A DNA stretch of 38,749 nt. It comes from Nanobdellota archaeon. GTDB taxonomy: Archaea; Nanobdellota; Nanobdellia; Woesearchaeales; SKGA01. This document shows, piece after piece, positions 24,714-34,288 of this stretch. The notes under the pieces are model-generated. The model made no database searches and had not been told where the DNA came from. It worked only from the letters and a program-made list of their open reading frames with translations. Made by a program: the position numbers and the translations under genes. Location: contig JAGQJW010000001.1 in the NCBI GenBank assembly GCA_020430425.1, forward strand, positions 1-38,749, read 5' to 3'. Within the stretch, counting starts at the first letter, position 1; every line of letters starts with the position of its first letter.

Positions 24714-25322
24714 ATGACTACAGAACAGAATGAAGACCTCTTGATTCCTAATGAGGATTACCTCAAAAGTGGTATTCACATCGGAACTAAGTTTAGAACA
24801 AAATACATGGAGAACTTTGTCTACAAGACAAGGTCAGATGGACTTTCCGTCCTTAACATCAAAGAGATTGATTCTCGAATCGGTGTTGCAGCAAATCTCC
24901 TGTCAAAGTATGATCCGCAAGATATCCTTGTAGTTTCCCGTCGAGAGAATGGTTGGAAACCAGTACGGATGTTCGCTAAAGCTACTGGCTGTAAATTCTT
25001 TGCAGGACGATATCCTCCTGGAATCCTTACCAACACTCAGCTAAAGAATTTCATGGAAGTGAAATTGATTCTCGTGACTGATATCGGTCCAGATAAGAAC
25101 GCAGTTAAGGATGCTCTTGAGATTGGAATTCCTGTTATCGCACTATGTGATACCAACAACCAGACCAACAACATTGATCTTGTCGTTCCTTGTAACAACA
25201 AAGGAAAGAAAAGTCTTGGCTTGATTTTCTGGTTGCTTGCACGAGAATTCCTTGAGAAGAAAGGTCTCAAGAATAAGGGACAGGCTTTCGAATACGATCT
25301 TGATCAGTTCACTGATGAATAA
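24714..25322 (+). CDS. rps2: 30S ribosomal protein S2 (uS2)
   Basis: LLIPNEDYLKSGIHIGTKFRTKYMENFVYKTRSDGLSVLNI...VTDIGPDKNAVKDALEIGIPVIALCDTN. ATG 24714 is preferred over the upstream TTG 24621. Confidence 0.9.
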   Translation: MTTEQNEDLLIPNEDYLKSGIHIGTKFRTKYMENFVYKTRSDGLSVLNIKEIDSRIGVAANLLSKYDPQDILVVSRRENGWKPVRMFAKATGCKFFAGRYPPGILTNTQLKNFMEVKLILVTDIGPDKNAVKDALEIGIPVIALCDTNNQTNNIDLVVPCNNKGKKSLGLIFWLLAREFLEKKGLKNKGQAFEYDLDQFTDE

Positions 25323-25941
25323 GGGGTATTGCCTGTTCGATTTTTGGCAGCGTGATGTCTGCCAGTTTTTTTCCTTTTCCTTTTTCTTCCTTGAGTTGGA
25401 TGCTTTTTATTCCTAGAGCTTTTGCTGCAAGGATTCCTGGTTCGTTGTCATCGATCAGAAGACAGTCTTTGTACGAGACGCCAAGTCTTGTCGCTGCCAT
25501 TCCAAGCATCTTAGGATCTGGTTTCGCGACTCCTGCATCATCCACGCTTACGATGGTGTCAAAGTAATGGGTGAGGTGATTCTTTCGAAGAAGCTGAATG
25601 GTGTATGCTCGTGGTGAATTGGTGACGATGGCCATCTTGATGTCTTGCTGCTTGAGTTTCTCAAGAAGTTTGATGGCCCCGGGAAATGGTCGTATCTCAT
25701 GGAACCGAAAGAGCCAGAAATAGGCCTTATGAAAGAGCATCTCAACAGGAGTGATGTGGAGATTCTTCTCGTGTTCAAGCCAGGTAAGGATGTGTTCAAG
25801 ACTGATTCCGCCAAGTGATTCCTTCTCTGCCTGAGTAAGTGATACTCCTTTTCGCTCCAGAAGGGAAAAGAGATAGCCATTGATAGCTGGCTGACTATTG
25901 ATGATGGTACCGTCAAAGTCAAGAAGTACTGCTTTGGTCAC
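25309..25941 (-). CDS. HAD-superfamily hydrolase (phosphatase / beta-phosphoglucomutase-like)
   Basis: Motif I LLDFDGTIINS, motif II VTNS, motif III K, motif IV LLIDDNEPG. Confidence 0.8.
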   Translation of the reverse strand: MTKAVLLDFDGTIINSQPAINGYLFSLLERKGVSLTQAEKESLGGISLEHILTWLEHEKNLHITPVEMLFHKAYFWLFRFHEIRPFPGAIKLLEKLKQQDIKMAIVTNSPRAYTIQLLRKNHLTHYFDTIVSVDDAGVAKPDPKMLGMAATRLGVSYKDCLLIDDNEPGILAAKALGIKSIQLKEEKGKGKKLADITLPKIEQAIPLIHQ

Positions 25942-26614
25942 TGTGTTCTTCCTCTTCTATGCCTAGATTGGTGATGGTGAAGTAGATGGTCTTTCCTTCT
26001 TCAATGCTTCGATGTTTCTGGATGACTGCACTTCGCTTTCCTTCTATTTTTCGCAGCTCTATAAGACATTTGCTCTGATACTTAAGCAGATCTCCTCCAA
26101 CGATGTTCACCTTGTCTTTCTGTTCAAAATCGGAGTAGACTTGATTGGTTACCAGAATAGGGATGTTGCTTTTTCTGGCAATCTCTGTGAGTGCTGAAAG
26201 CTGCATACCAAGCTGCTTATTGACTTCATAGATTTTTTTTGTCTGTCCGATTTCAAGACGATAGAGCATGGCTATAGAATCAACGATGATAGCTCCAACA
26301 TCCTTATTGATGAGGTCCTTGAGCTTCTCAAAAGCTTTCCTTTGTTCGGCAAAAGTCGTTGGTTTGAGCAGGATGATATTCTTGAGTGATTCTTTATAAT
26401 TATCAGTAAGTTGTCTGAATCGGGAAAGAGAGAATGATCCTTCCGTATCTACATAGATGACTTTCTTTCCAGAGAGCTCTTTAGCAAAGATAAGACAGAG
26501 ATTGGTCTTTCCGCTTCCTGAAGGTCCATAGATGGTAGTGATGACCTCTTTCTCGTATCCGCCTTCTAAAAGCCAGTCTAAGGCTGCTGAACCGGTGCTA
26601 ACTTTAGTGTCCAT
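25919..26614 (-). CDS. radB: RadB (RadA paralogue, RecA-superfamily ATPase)
   Basis: STGSAALDWLLEGGYEKEVITTIYGPSGSGKTNLCL...VIYVDTEGSFSLSRFRQL, Walker B AIIVDS. No N-terminal HhH domain. Confidence 0.8.
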   Translation of the reverse strand: MDTKVSTGSAALDWLLEGGYEKEVITTIYGPSGSGKTNLCLIFAKELSGKKVIYVDTEGSFSLSRFRQLTDNYKESLKNIILLKPTTFAEQRKAFEKLKDLINKDVGAIIVDSIAMLYRLEIGQTKKIYEVNKQLGMQLSALTEIARKSNIPILVTNQVYSDFEQKDKVNIVGGDLLKYQSKCLIELRKIEGKRSAVIQKHRSIEEGKTIYFTITNLGIEEEEHSDQSSTS

Positions 26615-26619
26615 GGTGA

Positions 26620-27012
26620 TTATACTCTTGAGATACCTTCAAAGAGGCTTTGCAGTCCTTCCTTGAATGTATCTTGTTCTGCGATATGATGATGGGTACT
26701 AGGATGTACCAGCCAGGTCTCATTGTTATCGGGATGGCAGAATATCACGGTGAGCTGTTTATGATTCTTAAGCTCATCCCACTGGTCGATAAGTGCATCA
26801 AAATTTGCTTTGGTATTTGGTGCGACAATAACTTCCAAGGAATCTGTCAGTGCAGAGATGCTTTTGTTGATGTCATCATCGATGAGGTATCTGATATCTC
26901 TTTGTTTCTCTTTGACGAGAATCTCATGATCTCTTTCTTCAAGAGAGACAATATTTCTTTTCATGCAATCCTTGAATTTGATGTAATGTTTGCACCATTC
27001 AAAAAGTTCCAT
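26620..27012 (-). CDS. Hypothetical protein, Cys/His-rich; start uncertain (27012, 27030 or 27048)
   Basis: ORF only, no family recognised. Contains WCKHY..KDC and FCHPDNNETWLVHPSTHHH. Overlaps its neighbours as expected in an operon. Confidence 0.45.
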   Translation of the reverse strand: MELFEWCKHYIKFKDCMKRNIVSLEERDHEILVKEKQRDIRYLIDDDINKSISALTDSLEVIVAPNTKANFDALIDQWDELKNHKQLTVIFCHPDNNETWLVHPSTHHHIAEQDTFKEGLQSLFEGISRV

Positions 27013-27526
27013 CTTCTTCTCTCCGCTCATACCATAAAAGAATAGCAAAAGGTATGAGGCTTCCGATACTGTATACGATTCCTAGTACTGCAGGTTGATG
27101 TTGTGTGCCGATATTTATGAGTTGTGATACTTTGTTTGCCTGATTGGTGATGAGAATGCTGGTCACGATCGCACTTACGGGAATGATCATGCTTAGGATG
27201 AGGTGATGGTGCAGCTCTAGATTTTCTACGTCTTTCATGAGGATGCTAGCAATAGAGCCGAAAATGATTCCGATGATAAAAATGATGATGACTGCCCCTC
27301 CTGTTGACATGAAGATAAGAAAGGGTTCGATAAGCCAAGTACCCATGACTGCTCCAAGAAAAGAGATGAGAAGAAGTATCCAGTAGAGCGCTTTCTCAAG
27401 AAGGATGATTCTTGGGTGCTTCTTGTTTTCTGCTTCCTGAAGCACCTGTTTTGCATGCTCTATTTCTTCCTCGCTCCAGCCTTTTGCCTGCAGTTTGAGC
27501 GTGTTGATTTTCATAGAAATATTCAA
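26999..27526 (-). CDS. Hypothetical membrane protein (about 4 TM)
   Basis: Soluble N-terminus LQAKGWSEEEIEHAKQVL followed by four hydrophobic segments. Confidence 0.5.
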   Translation of the reverse strand: MNISMKINTLKLQAKGWSEEEIEHAKQVLQEAENKKHPRIILLEKALYWILLLISFLGAVMGTWLIEPFLIFMSTGGAVIIIFIIGIIFGSIASILMKDVENLELHHHLILSMIIPVSAIVTSILITNQANKVSQLINIGTQHQPAVLGIVYSIGSLIPFAILLWYERREEDGTF

Positions 27527-27552
27527 GAAACCCGAATTTATAAAACTAGCTC

Positions 27553-30048
27553 TTATGCACTCGTAGATTCATCCATCTGTTCTGGTTCTTCGTCGTCTGG
27601 ATGGATGAGTGCTGCAGTCTTTACTGCATCTTCTGTTGTAAGACGCATGATTCGAAGTCCTTGGGTGTTTCTTCCAATTGAGCTGATCTGGGAGATGCCG
27701 GTCCGGATGACTATTCCTTGTTTTGAGATAAGAAGGATCTCTTCATCTCCATTGACTGCTTTCATGCTGACTACTGACCCATTACGCTCGCTGCAGATGA
27801 TGTTTCGAACTCCTTTTCCTCCTCTGTTGATGAGTCGGTAGTCGATGACGGGACTTCGTTTTCCATAGCCATTTTCAGTAACGGTAAAGACGGTCTGTTC
27901 ATCCTTGACGATGGCCATGCCGATGACCTCATCATTCTTTGAGAGTGTGATTCCTCGTACTCCCCTACTGGTTCGACCGATTGGTCGTGCATCCTGTTCC
28001 TTGAACCGGATTGCTTGGCCCTGTTTGGTAGCGAGAAGGATGTTTTGTTTCCCATCTGTTCTGACAACTGACATGACCTGATCTCCTTCATCTAAGGTGA
28101 TTCCAATGATTCCTGTCTGTCGAGGTCTTGAATAGGCGTCAAGTCCAGTCTTTTTGATGATACCTTTCTTGGTTGCCATGAGAAGATACTGGTGTTCGTC
28201 AAATTCCCGAACGGGGATGACTGATGCAACCTGTTCATCCTGCTCAATGTTGATAAGATTGATGATGGCTTTTCCTTTGGCCTGTCGTGATCCTTCAGGG
28301 ACCTTATAGACCTTGAGCCAATGGACCTGTCCCTTGGTGGTAAAGATAAGAAGATAACTATGGGTGCTTGCCACGAAGAGATGTTCTACGATGTCCTCTT
28401 CTTTCATGCTTGTTCCGATGACTCCTTTTCCTCCTCTGTTCTGGAGACGATAGGTATCTGTTGAGAGTCGTTTGATATAGCCTGATTTGGTGATGGTGAC
28501 CACTTGTTCCTCTTCTGGAATGAGATCTTCATCATCTATATCCTCATCTTCGACATCCAGAATGGTTGTTCTTCTTTGATCACCATACGTGTCTTTCATC
28601 TCAATGAGTTCGTCTTTGATAATCTGTCTGACTCGTTCCTCATGGGCGAGGATATCTTTGAGATCTGCAATGAGTGCGAGTGTCTGGTCGTAGTCTTCTC
28701 TGATTTTTCCTTGTTCAAGATTGGTAAGCTTTTGAAGCTTCATATCAAGGATTGCCTGCGATTGCTCATCGGAGAAATCATATTGTGCGATAAGTTCTTC
28801 TTTTGCCGTCTGTGCTGATGATGCTTTTTTGATTAGAGCGATAACAGCATCGATGTGGTCAAGTGCCTTAGTGAGTCCTTCAAGAAGGTGAGCCTTCTTC
28901 TCTGCCTTGCCAAGATCATAGGCGGTTCTTCTGGTGACCACTTCTTTTCGGTGCTTGATGAATTCTTCAAGAATTTCCTTGAGCCCAAGGACTTTTGGCT
29001 GTCCATCAACGATGGATAGGAAGATGATTCCCATAGTGGTCTGTAATCGTGAGTGTTTGAAGAGTTGATTCTTGACGACATCAATAGATGCATCTCGTTT
29101 GAGCTCGATGACGATTCGCATTCCTTTTCGGTCAGATTCATCTCGGATACCGCTGATGCCTTCGATCTTCTTGTCTCGGACTCCTTCAGCAATCTGCTCA
29201 AGAAGCATTGCTTTGTTGACTTGATAAGGTATCTCTGTAACGATAAGAGCGGGTCTTCCTTTGATCTCTTCCTCCTTGATGACGGATCTGATCTTGATTT
29301 TTCCTCGTCCTTGCTTGAATGCGTTAAGAATACCGTTCTTTCCTAGAATTTGTGCTCCTGTTGGAAAGTCTGGTCCCTGAACATATTGGGTGAGGTCAAG
29401 CACTTCAATGTCTGGCTGATCGATAAGAGCGATTGTTGCATCAACGATCTCATTAAGATTGTGCGGTGGGATATTGGTTGCCATTCCAACAGCGATACCA
29501 TTTGATCCATTGATGAGAAGATGAGGTAATTTTGTAGGCAGGACTGTTGGTTCTTCAAGGCTATCATCAAAGTTTGGTCGAGTATCGACGGTCTCCTTTT
29601 CTATATCTGCAAGGAGTGCGTTAGAGATTTTTGCCATCTTGGCTTCAGTATAACGCATTGCTGCTGCGTTATCTCCATCGACACTTCCGAAGTTTCCTTG
29701 TCCTTTGACAAGAGGATATCGTAATGAGAATTCTTGTGCCATACGCACTAATGAATCATAGACTGCCGTGTCTCCATGAGGGTGATACTTACCAAGGACC
29801 TCTCCTACGATTCTTGCGCTTTTCTTGAAGGGTTTGTTGCTAGTAAGCCCCATCTCATTCATAGCGAAAAGAATCCTTCGGTGGACTGGTTTGAGACCAT
29901 CACGGACATCAGGCAATGCTCGTCCGATAATGACAGACATGGCGTAGTCTAGGTACGCTGTTTTCATCTCCTCTTCAACGACGGCATTGATGATTTTTTC
30001 TTGAGAAGGAGGTGTTTTTTCTGCTGTATTTTGGTCCTTTTCTGTCAC
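27553..30048 (-). CDS. gyrA: DNA gyrase subunit A
   Basis: [37 protein letters not shown], active-site [11 protein letters not shown]-terminal beta-pinwheel repeats. Confidence 0.97.
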   Translation of the reverse strand: MTEKDQNTAEKTPPSQEKIINAVVEEEMKTAYLDYAMSVIIGRALPDVRDGLKPVHRRILFAMNEMGLTSNKPFKKSARIVGEVLGKYHPHGDTAVYDSLVRMAQEFSLRYPLVKGQGNFGSVDGDNAAAMRYTEAKMAKISNALLADIEKETVDTRPNFDDSLEEPTVLPTKLPHLLINGSNGIAVGMATNIPPHNLNEIVDATIALIDQPDIEVLDLTQYVQGPDFPTGAQILGKNGILNAFKQGRGKIKIRSVIKEEEIKGRPALIVTEIPYQVNKAMLLEQIAEGVRDKKIEGISGIRDESDRKGMRIVIELKRDASIDVVKNQLFKHSRLQTTMGIIFLSIVDGQPKVLGLKEILEEFIKHRKEVVTRRTAYDLGKAEKKAHLLEGLTKALDHIDAVIALIKKASSAQTAKEELIAQYDFSDEQSQAILDMKLQKLTNLEQGKIREDYDQTLALIADLKDILAHEERVRQIIKDELIEMKDTYGDQRRTTILDVEDEDIDDEDLIPEEEQVVTITKSGYIKRLSTDTYRLQNRGGKGVIGTSMKEEDIVEHLFVASTHSYLLIFTTKGQVHWLKVYKVPEGSRQAKGKAIINLINIEQDEQVASVIPVREFDEHQYLLMATKKGIIKKTGLDAYSRPRQTGIIGITLDEGDQVMSVVRTDGKQNILLATKQGQAIRFKEQDARPIGRTSRGVRGITLSKNDEVIGMAIVKDEQTVFTVTENGYGKRSPVIDYRLINRGGKGVRNIICSERNGSVVSMKAVNGDEEILLISKQGIVIRTGISQISSIGRNTQGLRIMRLTTEDAVKTAALIHPDDEEPEQMDESTSA

Positions 30049-30070
30049 AGGAAAATAGAATATTCCGGGG

Positions 30071-30077
30071 TTTATAA
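30071..30077 (-). promoter_or_regulatory. TATA box upstream of gyrA
   Basis: TTATAAA on the minus strand, 22 nt upstream of the gyrA ATG. This implies a leaderless or very short-leader mRNA. Confidence 0.35.
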
Positions 30078-30108
30078 GTCTTACTGTAATCCTTTAAATT
30101 CTTCGTTC

Positions 30109-30255
30109 TCAAGCGCTATGAGAGATGATTCGGTCTCGGTTTACGGTGAAGGTTTTACCGCAGTAGACGCACTGTTTTTTCTTGCCGATAATCTCTTTTC
30201 GTGGTTGATATTTCATGCGTTGTCGACAGTTTGGACAACTGAGAATGAGCATCAT
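30109..30255 (-). CDS. Unannotated 48-aa zinc-ribbon protein (below the ORF-track length cutoff)
   Basis: My translation: MMLILSCPNCRQRMKYQPRKEIIGKKKQCVYCGKTFTVNRDRIISHSA. It has CxxC...CxxC, starts 2 nt after the scpB stop and ends before the gyrA TATA box. Confidence 0.45.
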   Translation of the reverse strand: MMLILSCPNCRQRMKYQPRKEIIGKKKQCVYCGKTFTVNRDRIISHSA

Positions 30256-30257
30256 CT

Positions 30258-31079
30258 TTACAGATAGTTCTCCTCTTCTTCCAAGGTTGACTTGTCGTCC
30301 TGATCCTTCCCTTCTTCTTCATGTTCTTCTTTTCGAGAAGGAAGCGTGTGGGTGTCAAGTCTTTTTGAGATTTCTTCAATCTTTTCATCAACGGTTGAGA
30401 GGAACTGTTTCTCTTCTTCTATCTCTTCTTCAGATTTATGTTTAGTGATTGGTCCAATGGAAGTATTATCGAATATTTCTTCGTGATCTTTTCCTTCTGA
30501 CGATGAGACCACTTCAAGATTTCCTAGCTGTTGTTGGACGGCTTCATCTCTTGCCGCCTGTATCTCTGCTCTCTTTCCTTCTTCTTTTGCTTTGAGTGCA
30601 GCAAAGATATCTCTGATTTCCTGGTCTCCTTCCACGTCGAAGTAGTTGAAGAATTTATCGGTAATGCGAAGAATATAGCTCCGTCCTTCTTCATCCTTGG
30701 TGATGAACTTCTGCTTGACAAGATGCTTGATGTGATCATAGGCACTTTGTCCTCTCATGTGGATGATGTCTGCTTGAAGAACTGGACTCTTATAGGCAAC
30801 GACGGCAAGTGTCTTAAGAAGTGGTGCAGGGAGTTCAGTCTCGCTGACTATTTTTTTGATATACTCTGTATACTGCCCTCGAACAGTCATCTTCCATTTA
30901 CCGTTGTGCTCTTCAACGACGAGACTTCCCTTTCGTTCCTGAAATTCTTGGTGGAGCTCAGTGAGGACCTTCTTGACTGGAGACGGTTTCTCTTCACAGT
31001 AGTCTGCGATGTCCTCCACAGCGAGTCCTTTTCCAGAAGCAAAAAGAAGTGCTTCTACTTTATTTTTCAGATCACTCAT
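30258..31079 (-). CDS. scpB: Segregation and condensation protein B (ScpB) with an acidic C-terminal extension
   Basis: VEALLFASGKGLAVEDIADYC...LPAPLLKTLAVVAYKSPVLQADIIHMRGQSAYDHIKHLVKQKFI...GRSYILRITDKFFNYFDV (two winged helices). Confidence 0.85.
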   Translation of the reverse strand: MSDLKNKVEALLFASGKGLAVEDIADYCEEKPSPVKKVLTELHQEFQERKGSLVVEEHNGKWKMTVRGQYTEYIKKIVSETELPAPLLKTLAVVAYKSPVLQADIIHMRGQSAYDHIKHLVKQKFITKDEEGRSYILRITDKFFNYFDVEGDQEIRDIFAALKAKEEGKRAEIQAARDEAVQQQLGNLEVVSSSEGKDHEEIFDNTSIGPITKHKSEEEIEEEKQFLSTVDEKIEEISKRLDTHTLPSRKEEHEEEGKDQDDKSTLEEEENYL

Positions 31080-31089
31080 TTTAGCGGTA

Positions 31090-31674
31090 TTAAGCCAAGG
31101 CGTATTTGTTCTTTTCTTTCTTGACTTTCTTCTCTTTGATCAGTGCTTCAAGGAACTTTTCAGTGAAATCTTCTGCAAGCCCGATCTTTTGGCTGATAGT
31201 TGATTTGTCTTGTGGTTCCTTGAGAGTAAGAATGATTGCATTTCTGGTCATCGCATTGAAGTTTCGAACTAGTCCTTCATTTTGACTGGAGAGTGCCTTG
31301 TGTTGTACTCCGACTTCGTGGAGTTTTGAGAGAAGATCATTAAGCCAATGGGTGATATCTTTATCTTCCATGCTAAAAGCTGGAGGACTGATAACTTCAA
31401 CTGATGCTGGTGAGAAATTCATGCAGAGCCAAGTGAGCTTTTCTATATCATTTACCTTGAGTTCTGCTTCGCAGATGGCTGAGAACATTCCTTCTTCAAT
31501 CTCTTGAGCAGGCTCGAATTCTTCTTGCTGAACAGTGATTTCTTCGTCAGTTTTGATATTCTCAAGATATGCTTTTATAGTCTGTTCAACATGATCTTTT
31601 GGTCGTCCGATAACTTCGAATATGGTTCGGACGATGATTGGTTCAGGACCTTGTTCAGGTTTTGAAGATGCCAT
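31090..31674 (-). CDS. Hypothetical protein: N-terminal alpha/beta domain plus C-terminal winged-helix-like domain
   Basis: C-terminus RNAIILTLKEPQDKSTISQKIGLAEDFTEKFLEALIKEKKV resembles MarR/ArsR-type wHTH. 10 nt upstream of scpB. Confidence 0.45.
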   Translation of the reverse strand: MASSKPEQGPEPIIVRTIFEVIGRPKDHVEQTIKAYLENIKTDEEITVQQEEFEPAQEIEEGMFSAICEAELKVNDIEKLTWLCMNFSPASVEVISPPAFSMEDKDITHWLNDLLSKLHEVGVQHKALSSQNEGLVRNFNAMTRNAIILTLKEPQDKSTISQKIGLAEDFTEKFLEALIKEKKVKKEKNKYALA

Positions 31675-31705
31675 GCTGGTGTTTAACCGCTGGGGTTTTA
31701 TAAAT

Positions 31706-33169
31706 TTATTGCTCCTTGAGAAGCAGGTAAGCAGAACCCGCTAAAACCCCTCCAAAAAGCAGGTACAGGGATTTTCTTTCAAAAATGGTTTTGTCTATTT
31801 TTGCTGGTTCTTTGGAGTCATTAGTTAGAACCATTTCAGGAACTATACTTTTTCGGGTGCTATTTTCAAGAGTGAGGAGTACTTCTTTTTGAGGTACTGT
31901 TTTTTTCTGTGTTTTTGTTGAAGTGACATTAGGAATGGTGGTTACCTTTTTCGTATCTGTTCCGTCGGTGATGCTGGTGATAATTGCCCCTCCTTCATAA
32001 GGAATCTCTAGTATGGTCGTTTTTTCTCCGGCTTCAAAAACCATTTCCTTGCTGGTATGGTTTCCAGTACTCACTTCGATCACGAGGGGGTTTTCCTGTC
32101 TGGTACGAACGTACCAACTAAGGGTGTCAGTGAAATATTTTTGTTTAGTGTAGGTGTTGATGATGTCAAGTGAAGATTCTTTTTGTTCTAAGAGAATGGT
32201 TTTATTGGCTGATAGTCCTAGTCCTTCAACTGACAGGATGGCTTGCTCTTCTTGCAAGATCGGAAGAAGGGTGGTGATAGTTACTTTACTTTCTTTTTTT
32301 TCTAATTTTATTTTTTCTGAGCTGATGATCTTTCCTTGTTGATTTTTGAGATCGATAGTGATTACTGATGATTTGCTGTTTCCTCGATATGCTAAGATTT
32401 CTGCCTCAAGTAGATCTTCTTGCTGCTCAACTTTGATGATATCAAGAGATGGTTCTGTCTGTTCATCGACTTTCTCTTCAGCTGTTCCTTTGAGAAGGAT
32501 AAGTTCTTCTCGTTCCTGTTTGCTGCAGTTATCATTTGCAATTGCGTGAACAAATGCTCCTTGTTCAGGAACTTGGATTGTTTGGAAGGTATGTTTTTTT
32601 GTATCGATATTGGTAGTGGTACGTTTGCCTTTGATGCTGCTGCCATTAAGCGTTTCGATCCAGTAGGTGATTTCAAGTGAGTCAGGAATAGGGTTGATGG
32701 AAAAATCCATGAGCAGCTGTTCTCCTTTCTCAAAGACTCGTTTGTTGAGATTGAGCGAGAATTCTTCAAAGCAGATGGGTTGAGCTGAGATGTTCTCTTT
32801 TTCTTCTTGCTCGCAGATGACGGGAAGAACCCATTCCTCTGTCTTGTTGAGATAGGTAAAGGTGATGCTATAATTTCCGCTCTTGACAAAATTACAGGAT
32901 CCTGTCTTGCTTTCTGTATATTTTTTTATTTCTTTGTTGACGATGATGGCTTTGTCATTGCAGGTAGTGGTGTAGTTGAATGCTATGGCTTGGGACTCGG
33001 TGGTGTAGTTCTCCCGTTGGAGGTGAAAGATTGATTCTTGGAGTGTTCCACAGATGGGTTGTGCAACAAGTTCAACAGAAAAGGACTCGTTGTCGATGTT
33101 GATGCTTGTTGCTTGCGCTGCCCAAGAGATGAAGAGAAATAAAGACATCCAAAGCAGCAGTTTTTTCAT
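31706..33169 (-). CDS. Secreted protein with a C-terminal membrane anchor
   Basis: Signal peptide MKKLLLWMSLFLFISWAAQA, C-terminal TM LYLLFGGVLAGSAYLLL plus KEQ, beta-rich body with about 7 Cys. Confidence 0.6.
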   Translation of the reverse strand: MKKLLLWMSLFLFISWAAQATSINIDNESFSVELVAQPICGTLQESIFHLQRENYTTESQAIAFNYTTTCNDKAIIVNKEIKKYTESKTGSCNFVKSGNYSITFTYLNKTEEWVLPVICEQEEKENISAQPICFEEFSLNLNKRVFEKGEQLLMDFSINPIPDSLEITYWIETLNGSSIKGKRTTTNIDTKKHTFQTIQVPEQGAFVHAIANDNCSKQEREELILLKGTAEEKVDEQTEPSLDIIKVEQQEDLLEAEILAYRGNSKSSVITIDLKNQQGKIISSEKIKLEKKESKVTITTLLPILQEEQAILSVEGLGLSANKTILLEQKESSLDIINTYTKQKYFTDTLSWYVRTRQENPLVIEVSTGNHTSKEMVFEAGEKTTILEIPYEGGAIITSITDGTDTKKVTTIPNVTSTKTQKKTVPQKEVLLTLENSTRKSIVPEMVLTNDSKEPAKIDKTIFERKSLYLLFGGVLAGSAYLLLKEQ

Positions 33170-33311
33170 ATTTTTTTGATGGTGTCTAACGGCTTTATGT
33201 ACTTGTTTGCGGGCTTTTCGGATATGTTTCGAAAAAACGTTGTACCTTTTAAGGAGTAAGAAAATTTTTAATACTGTGTTTTCGTTGTCTTAACTAAAAA
33301 GGGGTTGAGGA

Positions 33312-34280
33312 ATGGGCTTATTAGATATGTTCAAGAAGAAGTCTCAAGAGATGACAGGTAGTGCTGGTTCTCTAGACGATCTTCCTCCAATTCCTCAGAA
33401 TCCATTTTCTTCAGATCAAGGCGATTCCTTTTCACAGATGGATGGCCTTCCGCCTTTGCCTGGCCAGAGCGCTTCTCAGACGTCTGAACCGGCAGGATCT
33501 CTTTTGATGGATGATCCACTTGATTCCTCTTCCTCGCTGCCTGAGCCCGGTTTAGAAGTTCCTCAACCTGATGAGTCTCCTGACTCAAATGAAGCTTCTC
33601 AAGAAGGGCTCAACGCAGCTTTGCCCGATGAAGGTAAGATCGACGACCAGCAATCAGCGCCATTGAATACTGATGACTTAGAAATCCCCTTCCTTCCAGA
33701 GGCACAAGAAGAGCCTTTGGATAATCCGCAACCATCTTTTGATGCAGACGTCCTCAATGAATCTTTGCAGGAACCCGAGCCTGTAAAAGAGGAATCAGAT
33801 TCATCAGCAGATGAACAGAACCAATCCCCAGACCAGATGGATTTCTCGGCTGAGGTCCCTCTGGATGAAGAGGTAGGTGATGCTTCTTTCTCGCAAGGAG
33901 GTAAAGATTCTTATGAAGATGAGGAAAGTGAAGATGACGATCAAAAAGAATCTCTTCCTGATTTCTCTGACCTTCAAGAGGATCTCTCTGGCGTTGACAA
34001 AGGCGAGCAACTTGCTTATAGTTCTGGCCCGTCAGTTGATGTAACGACAGAAAGTCTGTTGCTCAAGAGTATTTTCGTAGAGAAAGAACATTACGCAAAC
34101 ATTCTTTTCTCCTTGAAAAGGGTGAAGGAGGACCTGCAGAATTCAGGTTCAGAACAACGAAAACTATCCCACATTGATATGAAGTTAGCTAAAGAGTATG
34201 GAAAGCTCAGTGGCTTATTGGAGAATGTCAATGAGAATCTTATGGTTATAGAACATATCGTTTCAAACGAACAATTTTAG
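33312..34280 (+). CDS. Hypothetical protein: short amphipathic N-terminus, ~240-aa acidic Pro/Ser-rich disordered region, C-terminal ~70-aa coiled-coil domain
   Basis: SD GAGG upstream. MGLLDMFKKK..., then LPPIPQNPF / LPPLP motifs. C-terminal SIFVEKEHYANILFSLKRVKEDL... is paralogous to the next two ORFs. Confidence 0.6.
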   Translation: MGLLDMFKKKSQEMTGSAGSLDDLPPIPQNPFSSDQGDSFSQMDGLPPLPGQSASQTSEPAGSLLMDDPLDSSSSLPEPGLEVPQPDESPDSNEASQEGLNAALPDEGKIDDQQSAPLNTDDLEIPFLPEAQEEPLDNPQPSFDADVLNESLQEPEPVKEESDSSADEQNQSPDQMDFSAEVPLDEEVGDASFSQGGKDSYEDEESEDDDQKESLPDFSDLQEDLSGVDKGEQLAYSSGPSVDVTTESLLLKSIFVEKEHYANILFSLKRVKEDLQNSGSEQRKLSHIDMKLAKEYGKLSGLLENVNENLMVIEHIVSNEQF

Positions 34281-34288
34281 GTGTAAAA

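Noticed and set aside
30531-31124. 197-aa ORF on the plus strand, antisense to scpB
   Set aside because: It is the mirror frame of a Lys/Glu-rich gene. The product is Phe/Leu/Ser/Cys-rich low complexity, with no SD or promoter. scpB on the other strand has clear family motifs. This is a typical shadow ORF.
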